Of a stretch of DNA of 64,000 bases, positions 37,568-52,064 are shown in pieces (positions within the stretch are counted from its first letter, which is position 1; the number at the start of each line of letters is the position of its first letter). The translations under genes and the position numbers were made by a program. The notes under the pieces are model-generated. The model had not been told where the DNA came from. It did no database searches and saw only the letters and a list, made by a program, of their open reading frames with translations. Source of the DNA: Eledone cirrhosa (Eukaryota); assembly GCA_964016885.1 (NCBI GenBank), contig OZ024743.1, positions 171,554,001 to 171,618,000 on the forward strand, given 5' to 3'.

Positions 37568-37765
37568 TTGGGCGGTGGATCGGCAGTATCGGTAGAGGGT
37601 CGGGCGCTATCATATGCAGCATAGTTACGTCCCTTTACGGACTGAGTTCAAATCCCGCCGAGGTTAACTTTTGCCTTTCATCCTTACGGGGTCAATAAAA
37701 TAAAGTACCAGATATGCACTGTGTAATTGCTGGCCTTGTGTCAAAAGTAGAAATAATTATTATTT
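37568..37765 (+). mobile_element. family 1 SINE
   Basis: A and B boxes, core and tail as in the other copies. Confidence 0.85.
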
Positions 37766-37958
37766 TTATTCCGCATCACTACTGCTTTAGCGAGCTGAGC
37801 TCTGTGCGCCTTGGCTATGAGCAGTGTAGTGTTTGCTGATGTTGTTATTATTGTATTCATAGTACTTTTCATAATATGTGTGCAGTGCCTAGTAGTGATA
37901 TCTTTTGTATGCTGTATAAATTTGTAAGTGGTGGCATTTTGGCTATATATTTGTTTGT

Positions 37959-38055
37959 AAATCCCGCCGAGGTTAACTTTGCCTTTCATCCTTACGGGGT
38001 CGATAAAATAAAGTACCAGTAATGTACTTGTGCCAATAGTAGAAACAATTATTAT
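37959..38055 (+). mobile_element. family 1 SINE, truncated
   Basis: AAATCCCGCCGAGGTTAACTTTGCCTTTCATCC core and tail. Confidence 0.8.
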
Positions 38056-38895
38056 AGGTATTGTTTCTATTTTCATTTTCCACATTCGAGTTATTTCTAT
38101 CTCTAGATCTTTATATTTGGACATTTCCTCTATTTCATTGGCATTTCTTTCTCTGTGGTGGTTGGCTTCAATTTCTCTGTGTGTATGTATTGGCATATCC
38201 CAAAGAATGTTTGATTTGTCATTCACTGACACTCTTCTGGTGTGTGTTTGAACCACCTTTTCTCTGTTGGTATTTCATAATCCTGGAATAACTTCCGGTG
38301 TATGAAGGTCCCGACTCTATCATACCTGTGGATATATTCTTTTTTGGCTAGAGCTGGGCATCCAGAGACTACGTGGTTGAGTGTTTCTTCCTTATTTCCA
38401 CATATTCTACAGTTACTTATTGTGCTTTGTTTTATTATGTACTTCAGGTCCTGCACTGCAATTAGAAATCCTTCCATCTCAGTTTTAATCCAGTGATTCC
38501 AAACCAGCTTTGTGTGTTTTCTTTGTCTACTTCCTTTTATTTAGCTTTTTGTGTATTGGCCATATAAGGATTTCTCTTGCCATCGTTTTAACAGGGTATT
38601 CTGGATGTCAGTTTTCAATTTAAATTTCATGTCTTTTACAATTTCTGTAGTTGTTTTTCGTTTGTTTTCTTTTTCTATTAGTCCAGTTTCTGATTTGAAT
38701 TTTTTGTCTTCCTTGAAGACCGAGAACTTTTTTTTATTTTGTTCATATTTCGTGGCTATTTGTATTAGCTTTCCTTTGTTTTTTATTAGGTGTTTTTGTA
38801 GTCCTACAGTAGTTATTTTATAAAAGTTTTCTAATTGCATAAGGCCCTCTCCTCCTTGTGTTCTTGGTAGGTATAATCTTTCTACGTATGATTTT
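38056..38895 (-). mobile_element. R4/Dong LINE fragment
   Basis: RLYLPRTQGGEGL, EGFLIAVQD, CRICGNKEETLNHVVSGC, ILWD and SKYKDLEIEI motifs. Confidence 0.85.
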
Positions 38896-39284
38896 GAACT
38901 AAGAACGTAAGGATCTCTAACTATATATATTTAGCAATAAACAATTGCAAAAATAGAATAGTGAAAGCAGATTCTAACATCAAATGTAGATTATGTAACC
39001 GGTACGGTGAAACAATTGATAGCGCCGTCACCGGCTACTATATTCTTGCCATGTCTGAATATATACATAAACGTGAAATAGTTGGCACCTTTATCCGCTG
39101 GACAATATGCCAACATTTTGACGTTTTTCATGGACAATAAGTGGTGTAATAATTTACCAAACATGGTACCTAACAATGATATGCCAGAACCTGTCCAAAC
39201 TAACAAAAACTCAAGGCCAACCATCCAGATTCCATAATCAAAGACTGGAATAAAGATCCCTTCTGACCAAAATATGAGTTGAAG

Positions 39285-39530
39285 CGGGTCGGAGCTTATT
39301 CTCGGTTTTCTTGGCGTTAAGAGACTGAAAGTACAAACGTTTCCCTGGACAGGACGCCGGTCTATTGGATGATTAACTCCCCAGTTAAAGCTGGTACTAA
39401 TGCATTTCAACTGAGTGTACTGGAGCAACGTGAAATAAAGAGTTTTGCGCAGAACACAACGCGGCACCTACCTATGAATCGAGTCAACGACATTACGACC
39501 GTACGTCAATCATCCTAACAATTAGGCTAT
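39285..39530 (-). mobile_element. family 2 SINE
   Basis: Colinear similarity to 27137-27385. Confidence 0.7.
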
Positions 39531-40235
39531 AATATTGGTGGAAAGGAAGTGAAGAATCTGTCAAAATGCAGGCATCTCAAAATATAGATAACCAGAATGC
39601 ATGAAGGTAAGAATAGTGCGAATAATAATTGGAGACATAGATATACATGAATTTAAAACATACCAATACACAGAAGCTTCCTGTGGATGAACGAATACAC
39701 TGCAACAGAGTAATAACAATATAATCGAAACAAACGGCAATAACCACAAGTAATGGAACAACAATCTTTTAAGAACCAACAATCCAACACGCTAACTCGA
39801 ACTGTGAACTCCAACTTTGACTATCAACACACGAGCTGTATAGTACCAACTGGTACTATTCACATCACGCGAAAGATATAATTGATTCAATAAAATGCCA
39901 CAACCAATCACCACCAACAAAATATTCTACATGAGATTAAAGCCCAGTAACAGAACAGAGTCATGCTCTTACATAATCAATACTCGACGTTTCAAATCCA
40001 GTAACTCACGTAACCAATACTTTAGACTGCTGTAAAGCATCAATACTATTCAAGACACACACCACATACTCTACACTGAGACGCATAACACATTGCACCA
40101 GGCATACGGAATATATTCACCACACAACAAAATAGCACAATTCACACTACACAACACACTGAACTCTGAAAGAATACCAGAAACAAGCTAAACTTCATAA
40201 TATAACAAATCAACACACATAGGGGTCTGTACGCT

Positions 40236-40267
<32 letters not shown>

Positions 40268-40741
40268 ACGCACACCCACACACAACCCCCCCCCTACACA
40301 CACACAGAAAATAAAAGCACAAAACTGTTGCACATAAGGAGATTGGTGGTGCAATTGATGATGCAGTGAAACTGTCGTAATAATAATGACGATTTCTGAA
40401 TTAGGTACAATGTCAACAATTGCAAATGAGTTTCAATAGCTCAACAACATGACTGTAACTCCTTGACGTAGTCAATGAATAATGAACACACTTCTATTAA
40501 CAGGTTTATATATTTCTTATTTTCTTATACCATACAGAAAAAACCCTTGAAGTGAAATTCATTCTGTTAACGATGGACATATCAATATATTGAAGAACTA
40601 TCTGTTATTCTTTGGATTTTGAAATTGTAGTAAGGGTGATTTTTTTTATCCCTAGGGAAAGATGCTTCTACAATAATCTACACCTCAGTGATTTTGTATA
40701 AGATGCTTTCTCACTCTCTCTCTGTATATATATATATATAT

Positions 40742-43700
40742 ATCAACTATACTATATATTTTCAACAGTAATACTGTACTATATATTATCAAGAGTAATA
40801 CTATACTATCTATTTTCAACAGTAATACTGTGCTGTACTATATATTATCAAGAGTAATACTATACTATCTATTTTCAACGGTAATACTGTACTATATATT
40901 TTCAACAGTAATAGTATACCATGTAATTTCAACAGTAATACTATATTATACTATATATTTTCAACAGTAATACTATACTATATATTTTCAACGGTAATAC
41001 TGTACTATATATTTTCAACAGTAATACTATACCATATAATTTCAACAGTAATACTATATTATACTATATATTTTCAACAGTAATACTATACTATATATTT
41101 TCAACGGTAATACTGTACTATATATTTTCAACAGTAATACTATACCATACATTTTCAACAGTAATACTATACAATATATTTTCAACAGTAATACTATACT
41201 GTACTATTGGTTTTCAACAGTAATACCGTAATATATATTTTCAACAGTAATATCGTACTATATAATTCCAACAGTAGTACTGTATTGTACTATATATGTT
41301 CAACGTTAATACTGTACTATATATTTTCAACGTTAATACTGTACTATATATTTTCAACAGTAATAAAGTACGATATGATTTCAACAGTCATACTATGCTA
41401 TACTATATATTTTCAACAGTAATACTGTACTACATATTTTCAACCGTAATACTATAATATATATTTTCAACAGTAAGACTATATTATATATTTTCAACAG
41501 TAATACTGTACTGTACTATGTATTTTCAACATTAATACTAAATATTTTCAACAGCAATACCGTACTATATGTTTTCAACAGTAATTCTGTACTATATATT
41601 TTCAACAGGAATAATATACTTTATATTTCCAACATTAATACTATACTACATATTTTCAACACTAATACTGTACTATACTATATATTTTCAACAGTAATAC
41701 TATATATACTATATATTTTCAAAAGTTTAATTATTCTATGCATATTCAACAGTAATTGTTTTCTATATATTTTCAACAGTAATACTATACTATATATTTT
41801 CAGAAGTAATACTGTACTGTACTATATATTTTCAACGTCAATACAGTACTACATAATTTCAGAAGTAATACTGTACTGTACTATATATTTTCAACACTAA
41901 TATTGTAATATACTGTACTATATATTTTCAATCGCAATACTATACTATATATTTTCAAATGTAATACTATACTATTTATTTTCAACAGTAATACTATACT
42001 ATATATTTTGAACAATAATACTATACTATGTTACAAATACTATACTATATATTTTCAGCAGTAATATTATACTATGCATATTCAACAGTAATAATGTACT
42101 ATCTATTTTCAACTGTAATACTAAGCTTTACTATATATTTTCAACAGTAATACTCTCCCATATATTTTTAACAGTAATGCTATACTATACTATACATTTT
42201 CAACAGTAATACAATACTATATATTTTCAACAGTAATACCGTACTATATATTTTCAACAATAATACTGTACTGTACTATATATTTTCAACAGTAAAACTA
42301 TACTATATATTTTGAACAATAATACAATACTATGTTATAAACAGTTATATTATACTATATATTATCAACAGTAATACTGTACTGTACTATATAATTTCAA
42401 CAGTAATTATATATTTTAACTAGTAATAATATACTATATAATTTCAACAGTAATACTATACTATGTATTCAACAGCCCTACTATATTATATTATATATTT
42501 GCAACAGTAGTACTTCACTATAATTTTCAACAGTAATACTATACTATGTACTATAATATATATTTTCAACATTAACACTACACTATACTATATATTTTCA
42601 AGCGTAATATAATACTATATATTTTCAACAGTAATATTGTACTCTACTATATATTTTCAACAGTAATAATGTACTATATATTTTCAACAGTAAAACTATA
42701 CTATAATAAACAGACGGCTTATCGTCTGCTTATCATCTGCTTATCTGTACTATATATTTTCAACAGTAATAATCTACTATATATTTTCAACAGTAATACA
42801 AGACCATATATTTTCAATAGTAATACGATAGTATACTATATATTTCCAACATTAATACTATACTATATATTTTCAACAATAATAGTATACTATATAATTT
42901 CAACAGTAATACTGTACTATATATTTTCTACAATAAGACTCTACTATTTTTTTTCAACAGTAATACTATATATTTTCATAAGTAATAGCATACTATATAT
43001 TTTCAACAGTAATACTGTACAATATATTTTCAACAGTAATATTATACTATACATTTTCAACAGTAATACTGTACTATACTATATATTTTCAACAGTAATA
43101 CTGTACTATATATTTTCAACAATAATTCTATACCAAATATTTTCAACAGTAATACTATACTATACTATATATTTTCAACAGTAATACCGTACTATATATT
43201 TTCAACAGTAAAACTATACTATATATTTTGAACAATCATACTATACTATCTTACAAATACTATACTATATATTTTCAACATAATACTATACATTTTCAAC
43301 AGTAATGCTATACTATACTATATATTTTCAACAGTAATACTATGCTATATATTTTCAACAGTAATACTGTAGTGTACTATATATTTTCAATAGGAATACT
43401 GTACTATATATTTTCAACAGTAATACTATACTAAATATTTTCAACAGTAATACTATACTATACTATATATTTTCAACACTAATACTGTACAGTACTATAT
43501 ATTCTCAACAATATTACTATACTCTACTATATATTTTCAGCAGTAATATTATACTATGTATATTCAACAGTAATAATGTACTATATATTTTAAACTGTAA
43601 TACTAAGCTTTACTATATATTTTAAACAGTAATACTATGCCATATATTTTCAACAGTAATGCTATACTATACTATACATTTTCAACAGTAATACAATACT

Positions 43701-44878
43701 ATACTATATATTTTCAACAGTAATACCATACTATATATTTTTAACAGTAATACTGTACTATACTATATATTTTCAACAGTAATACTGTAATATATATTTT
43801 CAACAATAAAAATATACTATGTATTTTCAACAGTAATACTATATTATAGTATATATTTTCAAAAGTAATCTTGTCCAAAATATACTAATGCAATACTATA
43901 TATTTTCAACAGTAATACTATATTATTTATTTTCAACAGTAATACCGTACTATATATTTTCAACAGCAATACTGTTCTATACTATATATTCTCAACAGTA
44001 ATACTCTACTATACTATATATTTTCAACAGTAATTCTATACTATACTATATATTTTCAACTGTAATACTATACGATTCTATATGTTTTCAACAACCATAC
44101 TATACTATATATTTTCAAGATTAATACTATACAATACTATATATTTTCAACAGTAAAACTAAACCATATATTTTCAACAATAATATTATACTATACATTT
44201 TCAACAGTAATAATATTATATTATATATTTTCAACAGTAATACCGTACTATATATTTTCAACAGCAATACTGTTCTATACTATATATTCTCAACAGTAAT
44301 ACTATACTATACTATATATTGTCAACAGTAATACTATACTATACTATATATTTTTAACAGTAATACTATACTATCTATTTTTAACAGTAATACTGTGCTG
44401 TACTATATATTATCAAGAGTAATACTATACTATCTATTTTCAACGGTAATACTGTACTATATATTTTCAACAGTAATACTATACTATATATTTTTAACAG
44501 TAATTCTATACTATATATTTTTAACAGTAATTCTATACTATATATTTTTAACAGTAATACTATACTATATATTTTTAACAGTAATACTGTACTATATATT
44601 TTTAACAGTAATTCTATACTATATTTTTTCAACAGTAATACTGTACTATATATTTTCAACAGGAAAACTGTACTATATATTTTCAAGAGTAGTACTACAC
44701 TATGTTTTCAACAGTAATATTATACTATATATTTTCAAGAGTAATACTACACTATGTTTTCAACAGTAATATTATACTATATATTTTCAACAGTAATACT
44801 GTGCTGTACTATATAATTTCAACAGTAATAATGTTCTATATGTTTTCAACAGTAATAGTATACTATATAATTTCAATA
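40742..44878. repeat. AT-rich minisatellite, 27-bp unit TATATATTTTCAACAGTAATACT(A/G)TAC with +5-nt variants
   Basis: ~4.1-kb tandem array. Translates as YYIFSTVIL repeats. Confidence 0.95.
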
Positions 44879-44899
44879 GAATGGGAGCTCCTGGTTTTT

Positions 44900-45860
44900 C
44901 TAATACTTTAGGTTCATTTTGTCTGGAGCAGATCGAAAACGATACGGTAGTTCGCCCCTAGTGGTAGCATCGACGAACACAACACTAGTATCTGGGGCTG
45001 TTATACCATGAGTTGGTCTTCCCTCTCTTCTTATTTGTCCTTTCTATGCTATTCCATGATTTGCTCCTGAATAGTGGGCAAATCCCATTCACCTCATTCT
45101 GTGTAATTGTTCTGACTTTAGCCATGGCTCCTTTGTTCACCCTGATCCTGTCTCTTTGGTTATAACAATAGAACTGCATGCGGTATATGTCTCTTTAACT
45201 CTGTTGGATCGCACATGCGGGATACATTTCTCATAACCCTTACGAGGTCCACTATCAAGATATTGAACCTAGCACTATCTGAGATAGCTGAGTTCCAGTG
45301 GATCAGGTACTTCGAGGCCATGGGTTTGGTATAATGTGAATAGAGGATTTGGGCTTTATAATTGCTAGTTTACATCCAGAGTTCTGTGTCTAACACGGGT
45401 AATCTATGGTTGGGGTGCTTAGTGGAGTGGTCTACTGTTACTTTAATTCCCTGGCAGACGGAGTTGGATATACGATGAATGCTCACCATGGTGTTGGCTT
45501 CTAGTTCTGGTTTATGGGACTCTCTCCTTGATGTTTTAATCACTATATTGATATCGTCAAAATAACGAGAGTACATGGCTATAGCTATAGAGTTCTGAGC
45601 TAAGCCGTCTTTGAGTCTCTTGTTCCACCACACACTGTACAGATTTGCCACATCGCCAGCGATGCTGAAGCTGGTGGCCGCTCCCTCTCCTTGGGCGTAT
45701 GTTTTATTATTGAACTTAAACACATGACACTTTATGGTAAATACTTACTCCCACCGCACGTGCGATCATTCTTCGTGATTTTTGGGGGTCCGTGTGGCTC
45801 TTCTTCCCATAGGGGACTTTTTGGCCATTGACATGATGTTAGGATGTCTACCTCTTACTG
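44900..45860 (-). mobile_element. Penelope-like RT/thumb fragment of a different clade
   Basis: FKFNNKTYAQGEG, ANLYSVWW, RYFDDINI, LPVLDTELW and HYTKPMAS motifs. Confidence 0.75.
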
Positions 45861-45959
45861 GTATACTAGAACAGAGCAGCTAAGTTTGTATTAATGTAGA
45901 TATTCTCTGTCACAATGTAGATCTCTCACATTTTTTGGAAGCTTCTTAAAGAACAGGGG

Positions 45960-47830
45960 CCCTTTGAACCCCAGGCTGTTGCAGAATCTGGTCTTTATTA
46001 TTGATGTGAAGGATGGGACCTTTGGCACTACACAGTGGCGTTCTTTTCGTGGTTCTCAATGGCGAAGTTTAGTGCTAGCCCTTCCACGATCTGCCATGCG
46101 TATATCACTGCTTATCCCTTTTGTCTTCGCTCCAGGGAGTAGAGCTTTAGTTCTTTCAACCTCTCCCAGTAGCTTATCTCCTTCACTGACGCAATCCTCT
46201 TGGTGTAGGTTCGTTGGATTGCTTCAAGCTCCCTGGTTAGTTTGACACTATGGGATGACCACACCTGGAAGCAATAGTCCAATCGGCTGAGGACAAATAT
46301 CCGCCAGAGGACCAAGATGGTTTCCCGGTCTCTTGTTCTGAAAGTCCTCGGAATCCAATCTGCCAGTCGTCTGCACATTGAAGTCATTTTAGTGAGTTGT
46401 GCATGAAACGGTGTATCATTGCTCATGTCTATACATAGGTCTCTTATTAATTTCGGCTCGGGGATTTCGATTCCGCCTGATCCAATGGAGCTTTGTTGTA
46501 GTAGCCTTGTGTTTGCAGGTTGATAGCGGAAGGTTTGAAAGTCATTGGCATTAAAATGCATATTGTTGTCCTCAGCCTATTTGTATTTGGCATCTAAATC
46601 ATGTTGTAAGAGAGTAGCATCAGCCGGTTTCTTGATTGCCTGTGCTACTTTGGTGTCATTAGTATAGTTTGTGAGGGCGGCTGTCTATATTACTGAGGGC
46701 GTGTCTGAGTGAGCCACCACAAACAGTAGCTGTGCCTAGGTGGTTCCCTGGGGTACGTCATTTGGTATTGCTATTTCCTTTGAGAAGGCCTCATTGGTTG
46801 CAACAGTCTAGCTTCTGTCTTTTAAGAAATCATAAATCCATTCACCTAATCATCCAACGTTGCCAAAGCTACGTAGTTTGTGACATATCATTCCATGATC
46901 AACCTTGTCGAATGCCTTCGCAAAGTCGAAATATATCACATCAATGTTCGAAATATATCACATCAAACCCAAACAGCTGTTTCAGCACCCAGTCAAAAGA
47001 CTGCAACAGTTGCACAAGGCAACTTTCACCCAGGAGAAATCCATGCTGGATGTCAGTTAGAAAACCATTTTCCGCTAGAATAGTAATCAGTTTTCTTCTG
47101 ATAATTTGTTTCATGACTTTGATGTTATGTGAGACAGGTCTGTAGTTTTTAGCATCTGTTCCGCATCCTCTTTTATGGATAGGACATATGCCTTCTTTTA
47201 GTTTTCCGGATAGTTTACCTCTTACAAGGGAGATTTGGAAGAGGAGCTGCAGTGGCTTTGCTAATATTCATTTGCATGTTCTTAGGAGGATTGCTGGGAA
47301 TCTATCAGCGCCAGCAGCTTAATTTGGCCGCATTTCATCTATGGCTGATATTACTTCTTCCTCCTTTATATCTATATAGTTGATGGTTGCCATTTCTTTG
47401 TTTAACGCAGTGGTGTAAAAGAACTCATCTCTCTTATGTATTTGGATGTGTCTCATTGGAGATGTGAAAACACTTTTATATTGTACGTTTAGTACCTCAC
47501 TCATCCTTTGAGAGTCTACGGTCATTGAGCCACATTTATGGAAAAGTGGCCCTAGTCTGTCGTGTAGCGAAGCGGTATCTTTTGCAAATTTAAAGAAGGC
47601 CTTCGGTTTTTTTGTTTTGTTTTCTATAGCCCTGGCTTCACTATCTGCCCTCTCATTTTCATGGGTAAGTTTGTGTTCAGTTTCAATTTCAAACAGTGCC
47701 TGCTTCAAATGGGATTCCTTCCCGTTCTTTAGTTCTATATGTTTGAGATCTTAGTTCTTCGTCTCAGGAGGAGTTTTCTGTCTCTGGGAATATGTTTGTG
47801 TCTGGTGGCGGTTTTTATAGCATATGGTTT
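45960..47830 (-). mobile_element. CR1-like LINE ORF2 fragment (decayed)
   Basis: NYRPVS, DVIYFDFAKAFDKVDH, VPQGT, SRLDYC.QVWS and YWERLKELKLYSLERR motifs. Confidence 0.88.
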
Positions 47831-47887
47831 TTATTATTTCTTTCTTTCTCTTTTCAGACATATACACATATATGTAATGCGCACCAT

Positions 47888-47961
<74 letters not shown>

Positions 47962-48009
47962 ACAACTACCATTCCTACATGTATATATCAATGTACACAT
48001 ACACACACA

Positions 48010-48340
<331 letters not shown>

Positions 48341-48865
48341 TTCATAACAAATATATACATATACACATGCTTTTGATTGCTTATGTGTGTGTGTAACTTA
48401 GAAAAAAATGAGAGAGAAAATATGGATTACAGCTATAGTATGTATTACTGCTAGACGTGTTTATAGAGGTCTATCTTCAATTCAAACGTTATGTATGTAA
48501 ATTTGTTGGTAAGTACATGTATACTTTCTGTATATACACTTGCAAAAACTGTACTCGCAAACATACATACAGATATAAAATAAATTATATGATCGTATGT
48601 CTATATGAATGAAAACAGAAAATAAGGAAACTGAGTTGGGGATAAGAGGGAGAAAGAGCAAAAGAAATAAAAAGAGTGAAAAGATATTTAGAAAGTGAAA
48701 AAGAGTTTCAGTTAGAGAGGAACATATACATCACCCGCGCACACCATATGGCTTTATCTGCTTGTATGTTTGCCTTTCTCAAACAGAAGAGTGCTTGCTC
48801 CTTGCTCTGTCTGTTTATCGTTCTCTCTCATCCCCTCTTTCACTTTCTCTCTTTCTCTTCATTTA

Positions 48866-49138
48866 TCTATATATCTAAAACAGAGAATGTCTGTCTGTCT
48901 GTCAGCTCACTAAAACTCGAGAACCGCCCAAACCGATTGTTTTTAAACTTTACACATGTAATACTTATGGACCCGTCAGTGTTGTGAGAAAAAATAATTT
49001 CTAATTTTCAATGCCCTGCGGACCGCATTAGGCGATTTAGCGATCTCTCTCTATAATTCTTAGTCTTTCTTTTTAGATAGATACATAGATATAACGTTGC
49101 GCCCCTATAATATCTGTCTGCATTACGACACTATGACG

Positions 49139-49204
<66 letters not shown>

Positions 49205-49300
49205 TGTGTATATATATATAGTGTGTAACGTTTTTCGAAATGTTTACTTCTGCCTTCACAGATTGATTTTTTCCGTTTCAGGTTAAACTTTAATCTGTTA

Positions 49301-49338
<38 letters not shown>

Positions 49339-49483
49339 TATAATCGTGTACAGATATGTTTGCATACACAATAACAAAATATAAACAAACGTATTTATTT
49401 CACGAGGCTCAATAAGGATAAATATATATAAAATATATAAGAACCCTAGAGCAAATCCCGAGCAACGCCGGGCCATCTGCTAG
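48866..49483 (+). mobile_element. non-autonomous Helitron (~618 bp)
   Basis: A|TCTATATAT start, (CTGT)n near the 5' end, subterminal hairpin CCCGAGCAACGCCGGG and CTAG|T end. Insertion between A and T with no TSD. Confidence 0.75.
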
Positions 49484-49763
49484 TATACTACTGAAACTCT
49501 ATGATTGTGTGCTTGCCTGTAATTTAATACAGCCAAAACGGCGCATAATGGGAAAATACTTTGAAAGGAAGTTGCCCCTTAAATGGGAATATAAATGGAA
49601 TAAAACAAGTTTCGCGTACATCGGAGCACGGGTTTCGAGAGACGGGGTTTATTCGGGTTACCTTCATAAATAGAGAGAGAGAGAAAGATAGAGAGAAAGA
49701 GATAGTGGTTGTGAGAGAGTAGATTGAAAGGGAGATATAGAAGTAGAGAAGGGGACAGAAAAG

Positions 49764-49834
<71 letters not shown>

Positions 49835-49986
49835 GTTGGTGGTGTTATTGAATGAAATTATAACGGGTGACTTCAAAGAAGCGAATACAGCATTACTGTA
49901 TCTAGATTGAATTTGGTGACTGAATATTAAGCCATATGTATTATATTTCCTGCTAAATAGGAAGGTTTCTAAGTGTGTGTGTATGA

Positions 49987-50077
<91 letters not shown>

Positions 50078-50207
50078 TGTCTGTGACCAGTGTATATAGG
50101 TCAAAAACACCCGCATATATATATTTATATACACACACACATATATATATATTTAAACACACACCATATATATATGGGCCTTCCAATTTCATTTTACACT
50201 AAATACA

Positions 50208-50598
50208 CTAGCAGGAAAACCACCCTCCGGGTGGTTTTCTGCTAGCATGTGTAGTATGTATATTGATATTATATGCAAGTATATATGCATGTAGATATGA
50301 TACATCAAATAAAATCGTAATTGACAGTATACACAGAAATTGAACGAAAACTGTGTTACACTCTCTTATGTAATCAGTCACGTAATCCATGATACATTAA
50401 AAAAAGACGATATTATATATCTGCTAGCATATGTAGTGTGTATATCGATATTATACGCAAGTATATATGCATATAGATATGATCAAATAAAATCGTAATT
50501 GACAATATACACAGGAATTGAACGAAGACTGTAACACTGCCTTATGTAATTAGTAACGTAATCCATGATACATTAAAAAAAGACGATATTATATATAA
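50208..50598 (-). mobile_element. Helitron-like element with two tandem ~180-bp units
   Basis: Units ~50239-50420 and ~50421-50597. Terminal hairpin 50208-50245 ends CTAG|T on the minus strand. Same family as 4095-4209. Confidence 0.6.
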
Positions 50599-50785
50599 AC
50601 TGCATTAGGAGAAAATTAATGACAGAAATATATGAATATTTATTTAAACAATCACTACCTACAAGCGTTGACATTTGAAAATTTTAAAGAAGTGAATCTT
50701 TAAATAAGTAATAACATATATTTAATGAACAGCTACAAAATTTAGTGTATAAATTATGTAATATTCATTCATTATTTATTCAAAG

Positions 50786-50885
50786 TAAGTTAACTTTGCC
50801 GTTCATCCTTACGTGGTCGATAAAATAAAGTACCAGTAATGTACTGGATAATTGCTGGCCTTGTGCCAATAGTAGAAACAATTAT
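50786..50885 (+). mobile_element. family 1 SINE, 5'-truncated, with apparent TSD
   Basis: Core and tail present. ATTATTTATTCAAAGTAA occurs on both sides (50771-50788 and 50881-50898). Confidence 0.85.
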
Positions 50886-51392
50886 TTATTCAAAGTAATC
50901 CAACTTATTTTACTAAGGGGATAAACAATTATAAACCGTACGCAGTCCCGCGCTTCTTACTTTATTATAGTTTAGATGTTTGTGTATATTTTAATTATTT
51001 AAAAATTATTCTTAAGTGAACATGATTTTAAAAAAAAATTGTTTAGGTGAACGTGACACAACGGGTCACGGGTGATCTAGTGTGTATTTAACGTTTTGAA
51101 AACACGGAAAGACAACAGGCAGACAATGATATAAAGATATGCGCATGCACACATACATACATACATACATACATACATACATACATACATACATACATAC
51201 ATACATACATGCGCACATACATACATACATTCATACATACATACATCCACACATACATACATACGCACATACATATATACATACATCATACATTATGTAT
51301 GTATACATATTTACGAACACACACACATACATACATACATACATACATACATACATACATACATACATACATACATACATACATACATACAT

Positions 51393-51998
51393 GGTGGCTG
51401 CCAACTCGTTTTCGAGTACGGCCACTACTTTATATCCATGTAGGAGAACTCCTACCGATGCGCTGAACAAGTGTGTCTTTTTAGTCCAGCCAGTGACTTG
51501 AAAACTCTGGTACAAACACTACACTTGTGACAATTATTGACACATAGTGCTGGGCCCATGGTACCATGTGACGACAAGTGCAGAGAGATCTCCAGATATA
51601 AAGCAATGCCTGTGCCGTGAAGCTTTTATAGTGAGCAAAGGCACTGCACAAAGCCAGTCCCACTCTCTTAACCAAGATGATATTTACCAAAAAGAAGAAC
51701 AAGTCAACATCATTGGATACCATCAGGGTTGCAGGTGTTATATCAGAGTTTTCCTTCTCCTAGAATTCTGCCTTGACAAAGGCTAAGGGGTCATCTCTCC
51801 CGGTGATTTTGGATGGCCATTGACTCTTAAGAGCTCTTTTGTCCTTTGACATGTTTTGTTTTTAGTCATGCAGGATGTCCAAAGTCACCCTCCTCACCAA
51901 GAAACCTTGGTGGGATTGCCAGTTTAGTCGCCAATGACGCGACCATGAGACAGGTTGTACTGGAATACATGTTACCAGTAGCACCAACTGGTGACCTG
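51393..51998 (-). mobile_element. ~605-bp non-coding RTE-derived element, copy 1, in (ACAT)n
   Basis: Carries CTAGGAGAAGGAAAACTCTGA, which I recognise as an RTE 5'-UTR-type motif. Bounded by (ATGT)n on the element strand. Confidence 0.6.
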
Positions 51999-52033
51999 AC
52001 ATACATACATACATACATACATACATACATACA

Positions 52034-52064
<31 letters not shown>

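Noticed and set aside
40742-44878. CRISPR-like array
   Set aside because: Units are contiguous with no unique spacers, there are no cas genes, and the context is eukaryotic. It is a minisatellite.
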